DNA of 64,000 nucleotides from Candidatus Eiseniibacteriota bacterium. Lineage in GTDB: Bacteria > Eisenbacteria > RBG-16-71-46. Positions 18,694 to 28,691 of the stretch are shown here, one piece after another. A program made the translations under genes and the position numbers. The stretch covers positions 96,001 to 160,000 of the forward strand of contig CAVUWA010000010.1 of NCBI GenBank assembly GCA_963744995.1, given 5' to 3'. The notes under the pieces were generated by a model, which saw only the letters and a list, made by a program, of their open reading frames with translations, was not told the DNA's origin and did not search any database. How positions within the stretch are numbered: the stretch's first letter is position 1; every line of letters starts with the position of its first letter.

Positions 18694-20136
18694 CGGTGCG
18701 CCTCCCCCGCCTCGTGCGCGCCCGCGCCGTCTTCCTCGTGCTCGTCGTCCTCGGGTCCGAGCAGCCGGTACGGCAACTCGCGCGAGAATCCATGCTCGTC
18801 CTCGATCCGGAACGTGATCTTCGCCTCGCCATCGTGGAGCACGTCGCGCGGGAACTCGACGAACACGCTGGTCGTCGCCAGCGCGCCGGCGGCGACGGGC
18901 AGCGGATTGATCGGGGCGACCATCTTCGTTCCCTCCGGGGCCTCGAGCGAGATGCGGTAATGTCGCGCGCCCGCGCCGCGGTTACGGACCTTGATGCGGA
19001 CCTGATTGAGCAATGTGCCCTTCGCCACCTCCGTGTACGGCGCGCCGAGGCCGCGCAGCACCGTGATCTCGGCATTTGCACGGGTGCCGAGCAGGTAGAT
19101 GAAAGCGCCGAGCAGGGCGACCAGCACCAGCGGGTACAGCACAACCCGCGGGCGCAGGATCCGCCGCGGCAGGCCGAGAATGTCGTCACGCGAAGTGTAG
19201 CGGATCAGTCCCCGGGGCTTGCCGATCTTGTCCATGACCGCGTCGCAGGCGTCGGCGCATTGCGTGCAGTGGATGCACTCCATCTGCAGGCCGTCGCGGA
19301 TGTCGATCCCGGTCGGGCACGTGGTCACGCAATTGCCGCAGTCGATGCAGTCGCCGGCCTCGGGCGCGCGGTCCTTGATTCCCTTCATGCGCGGCTCGCC
19401 GCGGCCGGGGTCGTAACCGACGATCACCGACTGGCGGTCCAGCAGCACCGACTGAATGCGGCCGTAGGGACAGGCGACCAGGCAGGTCTGCTCCCGGAAC
19501 CAGGCGAAGTCCAGGAAGATGAGCGCCGTGGTGCCCAGCATGATGAAGAACGTCGTCGGATGTTCGACCGGCGAGCGCGTCACCCACCGGGCCAGCGTAT
19601 CGATGCCCACGAAGTACGCGAGGAAGGTGTGGGTGAGGAACAGCGCCAGCACGGTGAAGACCGCGTACTTGAGCACCCGCCTGCCGGGCAGACCTTTCTT
19701 CGCATCGAGGTGCCGCGCGCCGCGGTAGCCGCCTTCCAGCCAGTATTCGATGGGCCTGAACAGGAACTCCATATACACGGTCTGCGGGCAGGCCCAGCCG
19801 CACCAGGCGCGGCCGACCAGCGCCGTGACGAAGAAGATCAGCACGAAAATCGCGCCGAGCAGCAGCATGAACAGCACGGTTTCGGTGGCGAGGAACGTGG
19901 TGCCGAACAGGGTGAACTGGCGCCGCGGGAGGTCGAGCAGGATCAGCGGCTTGCCGTTCAGGTGCAGATAGGGGATCAGAAAGAAGATCACCATCAGCGC
20001 ATACGCCGTGATGCGCCGCCGGTGCCAGAAGTCCCCTTTCGAGAACCGCGGCCTGAAGCCAGCGCCGGGAACCGTCTTCGTTGAGCGTGCTGAGAACGCG
20101 GCCGGGCGGCTGAATGACCTTCAAATCGGACGGCAT
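18690..20136 (-). CDS. ccoG: CcoG/FixG 4Fe-4S accessory protein (one-base frameshift near 20056)
   Basis: GRAWCGWACPQT, CLVACPYGR, CIDCGNCVTTCPTGIDIRDGLQMECIHCTQCADAC. The N-terminus (MPSDLK...DGSRRWL) is in another frame and joins RPRFSKGDFWHRRR if one base is removed. Confidence 0.92.
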
Positions 20137-20218
20137 GTCGCTCCTGCCTGCGGCCTGCTCTGCACGGAGTGCCCGATGAGCGGGCGCCCCGTGTCCTGCC
20201 TCTGCGGAAGGGCGCCGC

Positions 20219-20839
20219 TCAGGGCGCCGTTCCGGCCGCCGGGCCCGCCGCGGCGGCGGCGGAGTCGGCGTTCACCCCCTGCGGACCCTTCGCGTCCGCC
20301 GGATGGGTCCCGTAGAGCGTACGCACGTACGCCACGACGTTCACGATCTCGGCCGGCTGGAGCACCGTGGACCACTGCGGCATGCCTTTGTCGAGCACGC
20401 CTTCCGACACCGTGTGCAGCATGTCCTCGATCCGGTGGCCGTGGATCCAGTATGCATCGGTCAGGTTCGGCCCGATGCTGCCGCCGCCGTCGGCCTTGTG
20501 GCACGGCATGCAGTTGCTCATGAACGTCGCCTTGCCCGCCTCGAGCTTCGCCGGATCCGCCATCGCGGCCTCGACCTCGGCCGGCCCCATCTGCGCGAGG
20601 GCCGCGCCGGGCTCGCCGTACTTCTCGCGGGCCTCGGCGACGTCCCGCTGGTAGGCCGCGATCCGCCCCTTGCCGATCCCGATGCCCGGCACGTTCAGCA
20701 TGTAGAGTACCGCGTAAATGATCGTGGCCCAGAAGATGTACACCCACCAGGCCGGCAGCGGATTGTCGTACTCGCGGATCCCGTCGTACTCGTGATCCAG
20801 GAGCATCGGGTCCTGCTTCTGCTTCTCGTCCGGGCTCAT
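20219..20839 (-). CDS. ccoP: cbb3 oxidase subunit III, monoheme CcoP
   Basis: HEYDGIREYDNPLPAWW; single CMPCH; GPNLTD..W.HG; GMP.W. Confidence 0.93.
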   Translation of the reverse strand: MSPDEKQKQDPMLLDHEYDGIREYDNPLPAWWVYIFWATIIYAVLYMLNVPGIGIGKGRIAAYQRDVAEAREKYGEPGAALAQMGPAEVEAAMADPAKLEAGKATFMSNCMPCHKADGGGSIGPNLTDAYWIHGHRIEDMLHTVSEGVLDKGMPQWSTVLQPAEIVNVVAYVRTLYGTHPADAKGPQGVNADSAAAAAGPAAGTAP

Positions 20840-21033
20840 TTGCGGGCCCCTCCCTGCGAGTTCCGCTCGTCGTCATCGGACAGTGGCATGTCGCGATGCT
20901 GCTCGAGTCGCTTCCGGTGCGAAGGCCGGAACAGCCAGATCACGATGCCGACGAAGGCGGCCATGAAGATCACCATGGCGATCACGGCGTAGATCGAAAG
21001 ATCGGCGTGGCTCATGACGTCCGAGAGATTCAT
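20836..21033 (-). CDS. ccoQ: cbb3 oxidase subunit CcoQ
   Basis: 65 aa, one TM helix, MPLSDD; position between ccoO and ccoP. Confidence 0.85.
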   Translation of the reverse strand: MNLSDVMSHADLSIYAVIAMVIFMAAFVGIVIWLFRPSHRKRLEQHRDMPLSDDDERNSQGGARK

Positions 21034-21034
21034 G

Positions 21035-23240
21035 TCACGGGCCGTCCCCCGGCGTTGCCGTGACCGGCGCCTGCGCGACGTGTTCCGACTTCTTGATGTC
21101 GGTGCCGAGCCGCTGCAGGTAGGCGATCAGCGCGACGATCTCCTTGTCCTCGAGCCCCGCCGGGCCGCCCTGCTGCTGGATTCCGGTGGCGATCTGCCGC
21201 GCCTGTGCGCGCGCCATCTCCGGCGCACGGTGGATCGCGTCGCCGTACGGCACACCGAGCATCGCCATGGCGTCCACCTTCTTCTGGATGCCGGCGAAGT
21301 CGAGCGTGTGCTTCGAGCATCTGCGGGTACGGCGGCATGATCGAGTTCGGCGTGATCGCCGGCGGATTCTCCATGTGCCGGACGTGCCAGAGATCCGGGT
21401 ACTTGCCGCCCTCGCGGGCGAGTTCGGGGCCGATGCGCCGCGAGCCCCACAGGAACGGATGGTCGTACACGAACTCGCCGGGCTTCGAGTACTCGCCGTA
21501 GCGCTCGGTCTCGTGACGCAGCGGCCGGATCATCTGCGAGTGGCAGTTGAAGCAGCCCTCGCGGATGTAGATGTCGCGGCCTGCGAGCTCGAGCGGCGTG
21601 TACGGTTTCACCGACGCGATCGTCGGTACGTTCGAGCGAATCAGGAACGTCGGGATGATCTCGAACAGCGAGGCGACCACGACCGCGAGCACCGTCATCA
21701 CGGTGAACGTGAGCGGCAGGCCCTCCCAGCGCCGGTGCCAGTCGGCGCGCACGAAGCGCGCCCAGGCACTCGCGGGCGCCGCGGCCGGCTCGTGCTCGAG
21801 CGGCTTCGCCGAGAGCGGCGGCGCCTGCACGACCGGCTCCTCGTAGACCTTCGGCCGGCTCTTCCATGTCATCAGGATGTTCCAGCCGAAGACGACCATC
21901 CCGGCGATGTACAGCGCGCCGCCGAACGCGCGCGTCCAGTACATCGGCATCAGCTTCATCGTCGTCTCGATGAAGTCCGGGAACTGCAGGCGGCCGGTCT
22001 CGTCGAACGCGCGCCACATGAGGCCCTGCGTCAGCCCGGCGCTGTAGATCGCGACCGCGTAGAAGATGATGCCGAACGTCGCCAGCCAGAAGTGCAGCTC
22101 CGCGAGCTTCTTGCTGTAGAGCTGCGTCTGGAACACGCGCGGCAGCAGCCAGTACACCATGCCGAAGGTGAGCAGACCGTTCCAGCCGAGCGCGCCGGTG
22201 TGGACGTGGGCGATGATCCAGTCGGTGTAGTGGGCGAGCGCGTTCACGCTCTTCACCGACAGCATCGGCCCTTCGAAGGTCGCCATGCCGTACGCGGTGA
22301 CCGCGACCACGAAGAACTTCAGCACGGGATCCTCGACCACCTTGTGCCACGCGCCGCGCAGGGTGAGCAGACCGTTGATCATGCCGCCCCAGGACGGCAT
22401 CCACAGCATCACCGAGAACACCATGCCGAGCGTCGACGCCCATTCGGGCAACGCCGTGTAGTGCAGATGGTGCGGCCCCGCCCAGATGTAGAGGAACACC
22501 AGCGTCCAGAAGTGCAGGATCGAGAGCCGGTACGAGAACACCGGGCGTTCGGCCGCCTTCGGCAGGAAGTAGTACATGAGGCCGAGGAACGGCGTGGTGA
22601 GGAAGAACGCCACCGCGTTGTGGCCGTACCACCACTGCATGAACGCGTCCTGCACGCCCGCGTAGATCGAATAGCTCTTGAACCACCCGGCCGGGATCGA
22701 CAGGTTGTTGAAGATGTGCAGCAGCGCGACCGTCACGATGCTGGCGATGTAGAACCAGATCGCCACGTAGATGTGGCGCACGCGCCGCCGCGCGATCGTG
22801 CCGAAGAAGTTGACCGCGAAGATCACCCAGACGATCAGGATCAGGATGTCGATCGGCCACTCGAGCTCGGCGTATTCCTTGGCCTGCGTGAACCCGAGCG
22901 GCAGCGTGATCGCCGCCCCGACGATGATCAGCTGCCAGCCCCAGAAGTGCAGCTTGCTGAGCAGATCCGAGAACATCCGGGTCTTGAGCAGCCGTTGCGT
23001 CGAGTAGTACGCGCCGCAGAAGAAGGCGTTGCCCGCGAAGGCGAAGATCACCGCGTTCGTGTGCAGCGGCCGCAACCGGCCGAACGTGAGCCACTCCGGG
23101 ATGTTCAACGCGGGCATGGCGAGCTGCAGCGCGATCAGCAGCCCGACGATCATGCCCACGAGGCCCCAGACGAACGTCGCAATCAGGAATTTGCGGACGA
23201 TCGCGTCGTCGTACGTGAACGACTCGAGCTGCTCGTTCAT
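21035..23240 (-). CDS. ccoN: Fused cbb3 oxidase subunits I/II CcoNO (one-base frameshift near 21313)
   Basis: GRLRPLHTN, QWWYGHN, GPHHLH, AHVH, then EGCFNCHSQMIRP, WGSRRIGP. The C-terminus (MLGVPY...ALIAYLQRLGTD) is in another frame. AGGAGG RBS before ATG 23240. Confidence 0.95.
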
Positions 23241-23559
23241 TCCCCCTCCTGGTGGTTCGTCCCCGGACGCCACGACGGACGCGCCCGTGGGCGCACCGGC
23301 GCCGGCGGGCATGTCGTCAGGAATCCGTCATCAAGGCAACTCGCGGGCCGGCCCCCGCCGGAGCAGATACGGCGGCTCGCGCCGGGATCCAACGCGTTGC
23401 CCGCCCGCATGTTGAAGTGGCCGACACCATACGGGACCGGCCGTGCGAAAGAACCGGCTACCAAAGTCGCCCCCGACCCGCGCGCCGGCTGCCGGCCGCG
23501 CCGGCCCGCCGCGACCGGGCCCGCCATGATGCCCGGTCCGCTCCTGCCCCTCACCGGAC

Positions 23560-24756
23560 TCACTCGATCCGCGCGCCGTTCCGGTACCAGCGCGAGAGAA
23601 TGCCGCGCTCGGCGTCCGTGATCCCGGTGCGATTCGCGAGCGGCATGGTCCGCGTCAACACCGCACGCACGTAGATCCGCTCGGCCATGCGCCCGATCTC
23701 CCGGTCGCTGTCGAACGACACGCCGCCCGGCGTCGGGCCGAATTCGTCCATCGGCGGCGTGCGCGAATGGCACATCAGGCAGCGCGATACGATCACACCC
23801 TTCACCTGCCGGAACGCGGGCGCCGGGCCGGTGGCGGCCGCAGCCGCCGCCGGCCGCACCCACCAGGACGAACCCCGCGCCGTGAGCAGCACCAGGGCGA
23901 GCAGCGCCGCCACGACCGGGACCAGCACCCAGCGGCGCGACGGACCCTCGCCGATCATGGCGTGGCGCGCGCCGCCACCGACGATCATCAGCAGTGCGAG
24001 CAGCCAGGTGTTGAGCGGATGCGCGTACACGGCCGGAAAGTGGTTGCTGAGCATCATGATCAGCACCGGAAACGTCATGTAGCTGTTGTGCACCGAGCGC
24101 GTCTTGGCGTTCAGCCCTTCGCTGAGATCCGGCTGCTCGCCGCGCGCGGTCGCGGCGATCATCCGCCGTTGCGCCGGCAGGATCCGCTGCCAGACGTTGG
24201 CGACCATGATCGTCCCGAGCATGGCGCCCACGTGGATGTACGCCGCGCGCCCGCTCATGAAGTGGCACAGCACCCACGCGAGCAGCGCGAGCAGCACGAG
24301 GCACAGCAGGGTCGCGAGTCCCGGACGGCCGCGCAGCGGCGACTGCCAGATCGCGTCGTAGACGATCCAGCCGCCTGCGATGCAGGCGATGCCGATCGCG
24401 ATGGCCGTTCCCACGCCGGTCGGCCGCACCAGCGGATCCACCAGGTACGCCCCGCGCGTCGAGTAGTAGACGACCCCCAGCAGGAAGGCGCCGGAGAGCC
24501 ACGTGATCGCGGCCTCCCACTTGAACCAGTGCAGCACGGCCGGCATCCGGCCGGGGCCGATGACCCGCTTCTCGACCTGGTAGAAGCCGCCGCTGTGCAC
24601 CATCCACAGCGAGCCCTCGACCTCGCCCGCGGCGGCCGCGGGGGCCTCGAGATGGCTGTCGAGCCAGATGAAGTAGAACGAGCTGCCGATCCATGCGATC
24701 CCGGCGATGAAATGGGTCCAGCGGGTCAGCAGATTGAGCCAGTCGTGAATGCTCAC
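23560..24756 (-). CDS. puuD: Membrane urate hydroxylase with C-terminal cytochrome c (PuuD)
   Basis: RWTHFIAGIAWIGSSFYFIWLD, WMVHSGGFY, LHWFKWEA, GTIMVANV, RSVHNSYMTFPV, SNH, RCLMCHS, MPLAN.TGITDAER. Confidence 0.92.
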   Translation of the reverse strand: MSIHDWLNLLTRWTHFIAGIAWIGSSFYFIWLDSHLEAPAAAAGEVEGSLWMVHSGGFYQVEKRVIGPGRMPAVLHWFKWEAAITWLSGAFLLGVVYYSTRGAYLVDPLVRPTGVGTAIAIGIACIAGGWIVYDAIWQSPLRGRPGLATLLCLVLLALLAWVLCHFMSGRAAYIHVGAMLGTIMVANVWQRILPAQRRMIAATARGEQPDLSEGLNAKTRSVHNSYMTFPVLIMMLSNHFPAVYAHPLNTWLLALLMIVGGGARHAMIGEGPSRRWVLVPVVAALLALVLLTARGSSWWVRPAAAAAATGPAPAFRQVKGVIVSRCLMCHSRTPPMDEFGPTPGGVSFDSDREIGRMAERIYVRAVLTRTMPLANRTGITDAERGILSRWYRNGARIE

Positions 24757-24891
24757 GCCTGGAACGGCCTCGCGGTCGTGTGCACCAAACGCCCCTCCGG
24801 TCGCATGCGTGTGATCGTGGAGGGCGCATGGTAGGGGCCGCGGGCCCGGCTGCCAACCCCGAATCCGGCCGCCGGTGCGGCGAGCAGCGGG

Positions 24892-26880
24892 TCAGGGGGA
24901 AGCCTGGCGTGCGAGGATCTTCGGCCACTCGTCGTCGAGCAGCGCGGCGTAGCCGTCCGCCGTGCCGAGCCGCTTCGCCGCGGCGGTGAACAGCGAGTCG
25001 CCCGGGGCGAGCTCCATGGCGTGCCGCATCGCCTCGTGGGCCTCGGGAATCCGGCCGACGCCGCGCAGCAACACCGCCGCGACGGCCCAGTGCCGCGCGT
25101 TCTTCGGTTCCTGCTCGACCAGCACGGCCAGCACGTGGAGCGCCTCCACCGGCCGGTTCTCGCCGATCAACGCCATGACCAGCGACTGGCGGAACAGCGG
25201 CTGATTCGGCCGCAGCCGGACGGCCCGCTCGAAGTGCCGCGCCGCGAGGGCGTAGTCGCCCTGGATCAGTGCGATGTTCCCGAGATGGGCGTAGGCGCGC
25301 ACGTTGTTCGAGTCGGCGGCCAGCGAGCGCTCGAGCCAGACGCGCGCCTCGTCCAGCCGGCCTTCGGCGAAATACCAGAACCCCACGGTGGATTCGGTGC
25401 GACCCTGGCCGAGCGGCAGATGTTTGAAGCGCTCGAGCGAGCGGTCCGCCGACGCGTTGAGCGCGATCCACGGCGCGGTGTGGAACAGCGACACCGCGAG
25501 CGCGACGACGAGCAGGCGCTGCACCGCGCGCGGCGGACCCATCCGCGTCATGACCAGCCCCGCGGCGGCGACGGCCAGCACGATCCCGAACGGCGCGAAC
25601 AGGTCCCAGTCCCGCGCGTAGCCGAGCGGCAGGTCCGCCACCATCCAGCACACCAGCGCCTGCACCAGCCCGGTCAGGGCCAGGAACGCCGCCGCCGGGC
25701 GCGCCAGCGTGCGCCGGGGGAGCGCGACCACGAGCGCCGGCAGCAGCCACAGCAGGGCGAGCGGCCCGATCAGCAGCTGCTCGGCGGTGAAGTCGCGCAG
25801 ATGCGCGGCGGAGAACAGATATGCGGCGTGGGCCTCCCCTTTGCGAAACATCGCGAGCATCTGTGCATCGAGGCGGTAGTGCCCGCCCCACGCGTAGAGC
25901 GCGTACGCGACGACCGCGAACAGGGCGGCGCCGAGCGCCACGTCGCGCAGCGTCCGCAGGCGGCGCCCGCGCGCGGCGAGCCCGAGCCCGACGAGCAGCG
26001 CGGCCGAAACCCCGAGCGTCACCATGGACAGGTTGAAGGCGATCGCCGTGAACCACGCGGCGAGCGGTGCGATCAACGGGGCCGCGCCGCGCAGCCAGCG
26101 CAGCGCCAGCCACAGGTAGATCCCGACCGCCAGCGCCTCGTACGCGTAGTTCTCGACGTAACCGAAGAACAGCTGCACGAAGCCCTGGGCGCAGAGCAGG
26201 AGCCCGATCCACTTCGCGAGCCCGGGCGCGCGCGCCTCGCCGAACGGCGCCGGCCGCAACCGCAGCAGCTCGGCGCCGATGGCGAACGAGACGAATACGA
26301 ACAGCACGCCGGCGGCAACGCTGCCCGATGCGACGGCGTCGCGGGCGACGGCATGAACGTCCCGGCCCGCCGATGCGGCGTGCGCCAGCCGGTAGACCTG
26401 CTGGTGCACGAGGCTGGTGAGGGGCTCACGCAGGTGCAGCGCCGTCTCGGTCGGCAGATTCGCGGTCAGCGGAATCCCGTCGCCGAGCAGGATCTCGCGC
26501 GAGCGCGCGGCCCACAGCACCACCCACGCGGCGAACGCGATGCCGGCGCGGGTCGCCCACGCGCGGCCGGAGAGCCGCGCAGCGCCGAGCCGCGTCACGG
26601 CGGGAGAGGCCGGCGCGTCGCGCAGCCGCACGAGCCCGATCACGATCGCGGCGGCCATCAGCACGAGGGCCGCGGGCAGCACCCACCGGGGCAGGAACGC
26701 GTAGGCGTGGCTGCCCCACAGCGCGTCCGTCGCGAAGGTGGCGCCGGCCACGTGCGCGGCGACGACGATCACGCCGAGGGCGAGCACCACGAACAGGTGG
26801 AGCCGCGACGCGTCCGCCGGCAGGTGCGGAGCCGGGTGCGTGGCGGGCGGCGTCGCCCGGGAGCGCGGGGCGCGGCTCAC
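24892..26880 (-). CDS. Multi-pass membrane protein with C-terminal TPRs (GT-C-like); start uncertain
   Basis: Many TM helices, GYVENY and ARDWDLF motifs, TPR-like helices at the C-terminus. Confidence 0.7.
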   Translation of the reverse strand: MSRAPRSRATPPATHPAPHLPADASRLHLFVVLALGVIVVAAHVAGATFATDALWGSHAYAFLPRWVLPAALVLMAAAIVIGLVRLRDAPASPAVTRLGAARLSGRAWATRAGIAFAAWVVLWAARSREILLGDGIPLTANLPTETALHLREPLTSLVHQQVYRLAHAASAGRDVHAVARDAVASGSVAAGVLFVFVSFAIGAELLRLRPAPFGEARAPGLAKWIGLLLCAQGFVQLFFGYVENYAYEALAVGIYLWLALRWLRGAAPLIAPLAAWFTAIAFNLSMVTLGVSAALLVGLGLAARGRRLRTLRDVALGAALFAVVAYALYAWGGHYRLDAQMLAMFRKGEAHAAYLFSAAHLRDFTAEQLLIGPLALLWLLPALVVALPRRTLARPAAAFLALTGLVQALVCWMVADLPLGYARDWDLFAPFGIVLAVAAAGLVMTRMGPPRAVQRLLVVALAVSLFHTAPWIALNASADRSLERFKHLPLGQGRTESTVGFWYFAEGRLDEARVWLERSLAADSNNVRAYAHLGNIALIQGDYALAARHFERAVRLRPNQPLFRQSLVMALIGENRPVEALHVLAVLVEQEPKNARHWAVAAVLLRGVGRIPEAHEAMRHAMELAPGDSLFTAAAKRLGTADGYAALLDDEWPKILARQASP

Positions 26881-27242
26881 GCCACGCCGCCGGACGGCAC
26901 GTGCCGCACGCGCGGCGGACGACGGTGCCCGTGGTTCGGGCGCACCTGCCCCGGCGGGGCTCCGGAGGGAACCTCGCGGTCGACTTCGTTCCTTCGAAGC
27001 GCGGAGACTTCGAAGCGAACCGCCATGGCGACCGCGTACCGGGAAGCCTCGTGCGTGCCGATCCCGGTGAGCGGCATGCACGTCGATTCATGGGGGATGT
27101 GGGGTGGGCCGATTATGGCACCCGGAGGGAGCCTCGTCCGCGGGAAAATGGCCCCGGGCGCCCGGGGTGGCGAGAGCATGGCGGGCGCCCCGTGCGGGGC
27201 GCCCGCCTCCCCCTCCGTGGCGGGCCCGCGGGCCCGGCGCGC

Positions 27243-27677
27243 TCAGGCGCGCTGCTTCAGCAGATCGCGGATCTCGCCGAGCAGCTTCACCTCGGCCGGC
27301 GGCTCGGGCGGCGCCGCGGGCGCCTCTTCCTTCTTCTTCTCGAACCGGTTGACCTGCTTGATCAGGATGAAGATCGCGAACGCCACGATCAGGAAGGTGA
27401 TGACCGTGTTCAGCCAAACCCCGTAGTTGATCGTCACGGCACCCGCAGCGGTGGCGCCCTCGAGCGTGGCGTACGGCCCCGCCGCCTTGGCGCCTTCCTT
27501 GAGGACGATGAACAGATTCGAGAAGTCGACGTTGCCGATCAGGAGGCCCACGACCGGCATCAGCATGTCGGCGACGAGCGACTTCACGATCGCACCGAAC
27601 GCGGTGCCGATGATGATGCCCACCGCCATATCGAGCACGTTGCCGCGCATCACGAACTTTTTGAACTCGTTGAGCAC
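27243..27677 (-). CDS. mscL: Large-conductance mechanosensitive channel
   Basis: [21 protein letters not shown]...[19 protein letters not shown]. Confidence 0.97.
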   Translation of the reverse strand: MLNEFKKFVMRGNVLDMAVGIIIGTAFGAIVKSLVADMLMPVVGLLIGNVDFSNLFIVLKEGAKAAGPYATLEGATAAGAVTINYGVWLNTVITFLIVAFAIFILIKQVNRFEKKKEEAPAAPPEPPAEVKLLGEIRDLLKQRA

Positions 27678-27806
27678 GTCCGACCTCCTTCGGTTGGCCG
27701 CCGGAAGCCGTGGCGGCGGGTTGACGGCCCGAAAGAAGCCTCCCGAGGGTCAGCGTGTCAAGCGGTGCCCGGTGCGGCGCGAAGTCGGTGCGGTGGCGCC
27801 GCGGCA

Positions 27807-27872
27807 GCGGCGCTCATGCGCGAACGGCCGGCCGCGGCGGCGGCGCTCATGCGCGAACGGCCGGCCGCGGCG
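27807..27872. repeat. Tandem 33-bp direct repeat, two copies
   Basis: GCGGCGCTCATGCGCGAACGGCCGGCCGCGGCG twice in a row, intergenic. Confidence 0.9.
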
Positions 27873-27908
27873 GGGCGCGGTCGGCCGCTCGAATCCGGCG
27901 GAGGAGGA

Positions 27909-28109
27909 TCAGGGACGCCGCAGCGGACCCTGGCCGTCGAGCACATCGGCCGCCTGCTGGTAGACCTTGCGCACGGAGCGCCTGATTCCCGTCGGATCGC
28001 TGATGATCACGACCAGCGCGATGGAAGCGACGAAGGCGGCCAGCAGGCCGTACTCGATGAGATCTTCACCACCTTCGTCGTCGATGAATCGGGTCAGGAG
28101 TTCGAACAT
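27909..28109 (-). CDS. flp: Flp/Fap type IVb/IVc pilin
   Basis: MFELLTRFIDDEGG-EDLIEYGLLAAFVASIAL; GGAG RBS. Confidence 0.85.
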   Translation of the reverse strand: MFELLTRFIDDEGGEDLIEYGLLAAFVASIALVVIISDPTGIRRSVRKVYQQAADVLDGQGPLRRP

Positions 28110-28187
28110 GGGGGCTCCCTGCGGGGCTTCGCGCGGAGGGGGAGGCATTCCCTCCGGCGCGAAGCACCCGCGACGAACGGGGCGGCT

Positions 28188-28370
28188 CTAGGCGTTGTCC
28201 AGGGCGTTCTTGGCCTTCTGGAACGCGCCCGTCAGCGCGCCTTTGATACCGAGCGGATCGAGGATGATCGTCACGAGCGCGACCGAGGCGACGAAGGCGG
28301 CGAGCAGACCGTATTCGATCAGGTCTTCGCCGTTCTCCTCACGAATGAAGCTGCGGACGAGGTGCATCAT
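28188..28370 (-). CDS. flp: Flp/Fap type IVb/IVc pilin
   Basis: MMHLVRSFIREENG-EDLIEYGLLAAFVASVAL; AGGAG RBS. Confidence 0.88.
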   Translation of the reverse strand: MMHLVRSFIREENGEDLIEYGLLAAFVASVALVTIILDPLGIKGALTGAFQKAKNALDNA

Positions 28371-28444
28371 GGGTTCGAGTCTCCTGCGAGTGGGTCGGTC
28401 CGGTTCCGGCGCGAGCCGGGGTGGAGTGCCTGATCCCATGTTTT

Positions 28445-28460
28445 CGCAAGAGCCGGGCCA
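28445..28460 (-). promoter_or_regulatory. Sigma54 (-24/-12) promoter of the flp pair
   Basis: TGGCCCGGCTCTTGCG: GG-N10-GC, 75 nt upstream of the first pilin. Confidence 0.72.
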
Positions 28461-28691
28461 CGCGGGCACGGTGGCGGACGCAGGCGCGCGCGTTGCAGAT
28501 CACGACGATTGGGCGTTGCGAAGCGCGAAAATCGTTGCATTCGCGCCACCCGCGCTCCGGAACGGCGGCAACGCTCCCTACCGCGCCCGCGAAATCCCCC
28601 GGGCGCAGCCGCGGGGCGGGTGAGATGACACAGGCGGCCCGTCCGCTCCGGCGGCTGGCGACCCGGGATCGGCGCAGGCTAGAGTCGCCGT

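Noticed and set aside
20050..21320. Programmed ribosomal frameshifting in ccoG and ccoNO
   Set aside because: No slippery heptamer or evident stimulator at either site; a base-call error is simpler
23321..23334. FNR box upstream of ccoN
   Set aside because: Only one half-site (TTGAT-N4-GATTC on the minus strand)
24753..24806. 17-aa uORF overlapping the puuD start
   Set aside because: No SD and no distinctive composition; easily arises by chance
27807..27872. 33-bp repeat as a mini-CRISPR
   Set aside because: Two adjacent copies with no spacer and no cas genes
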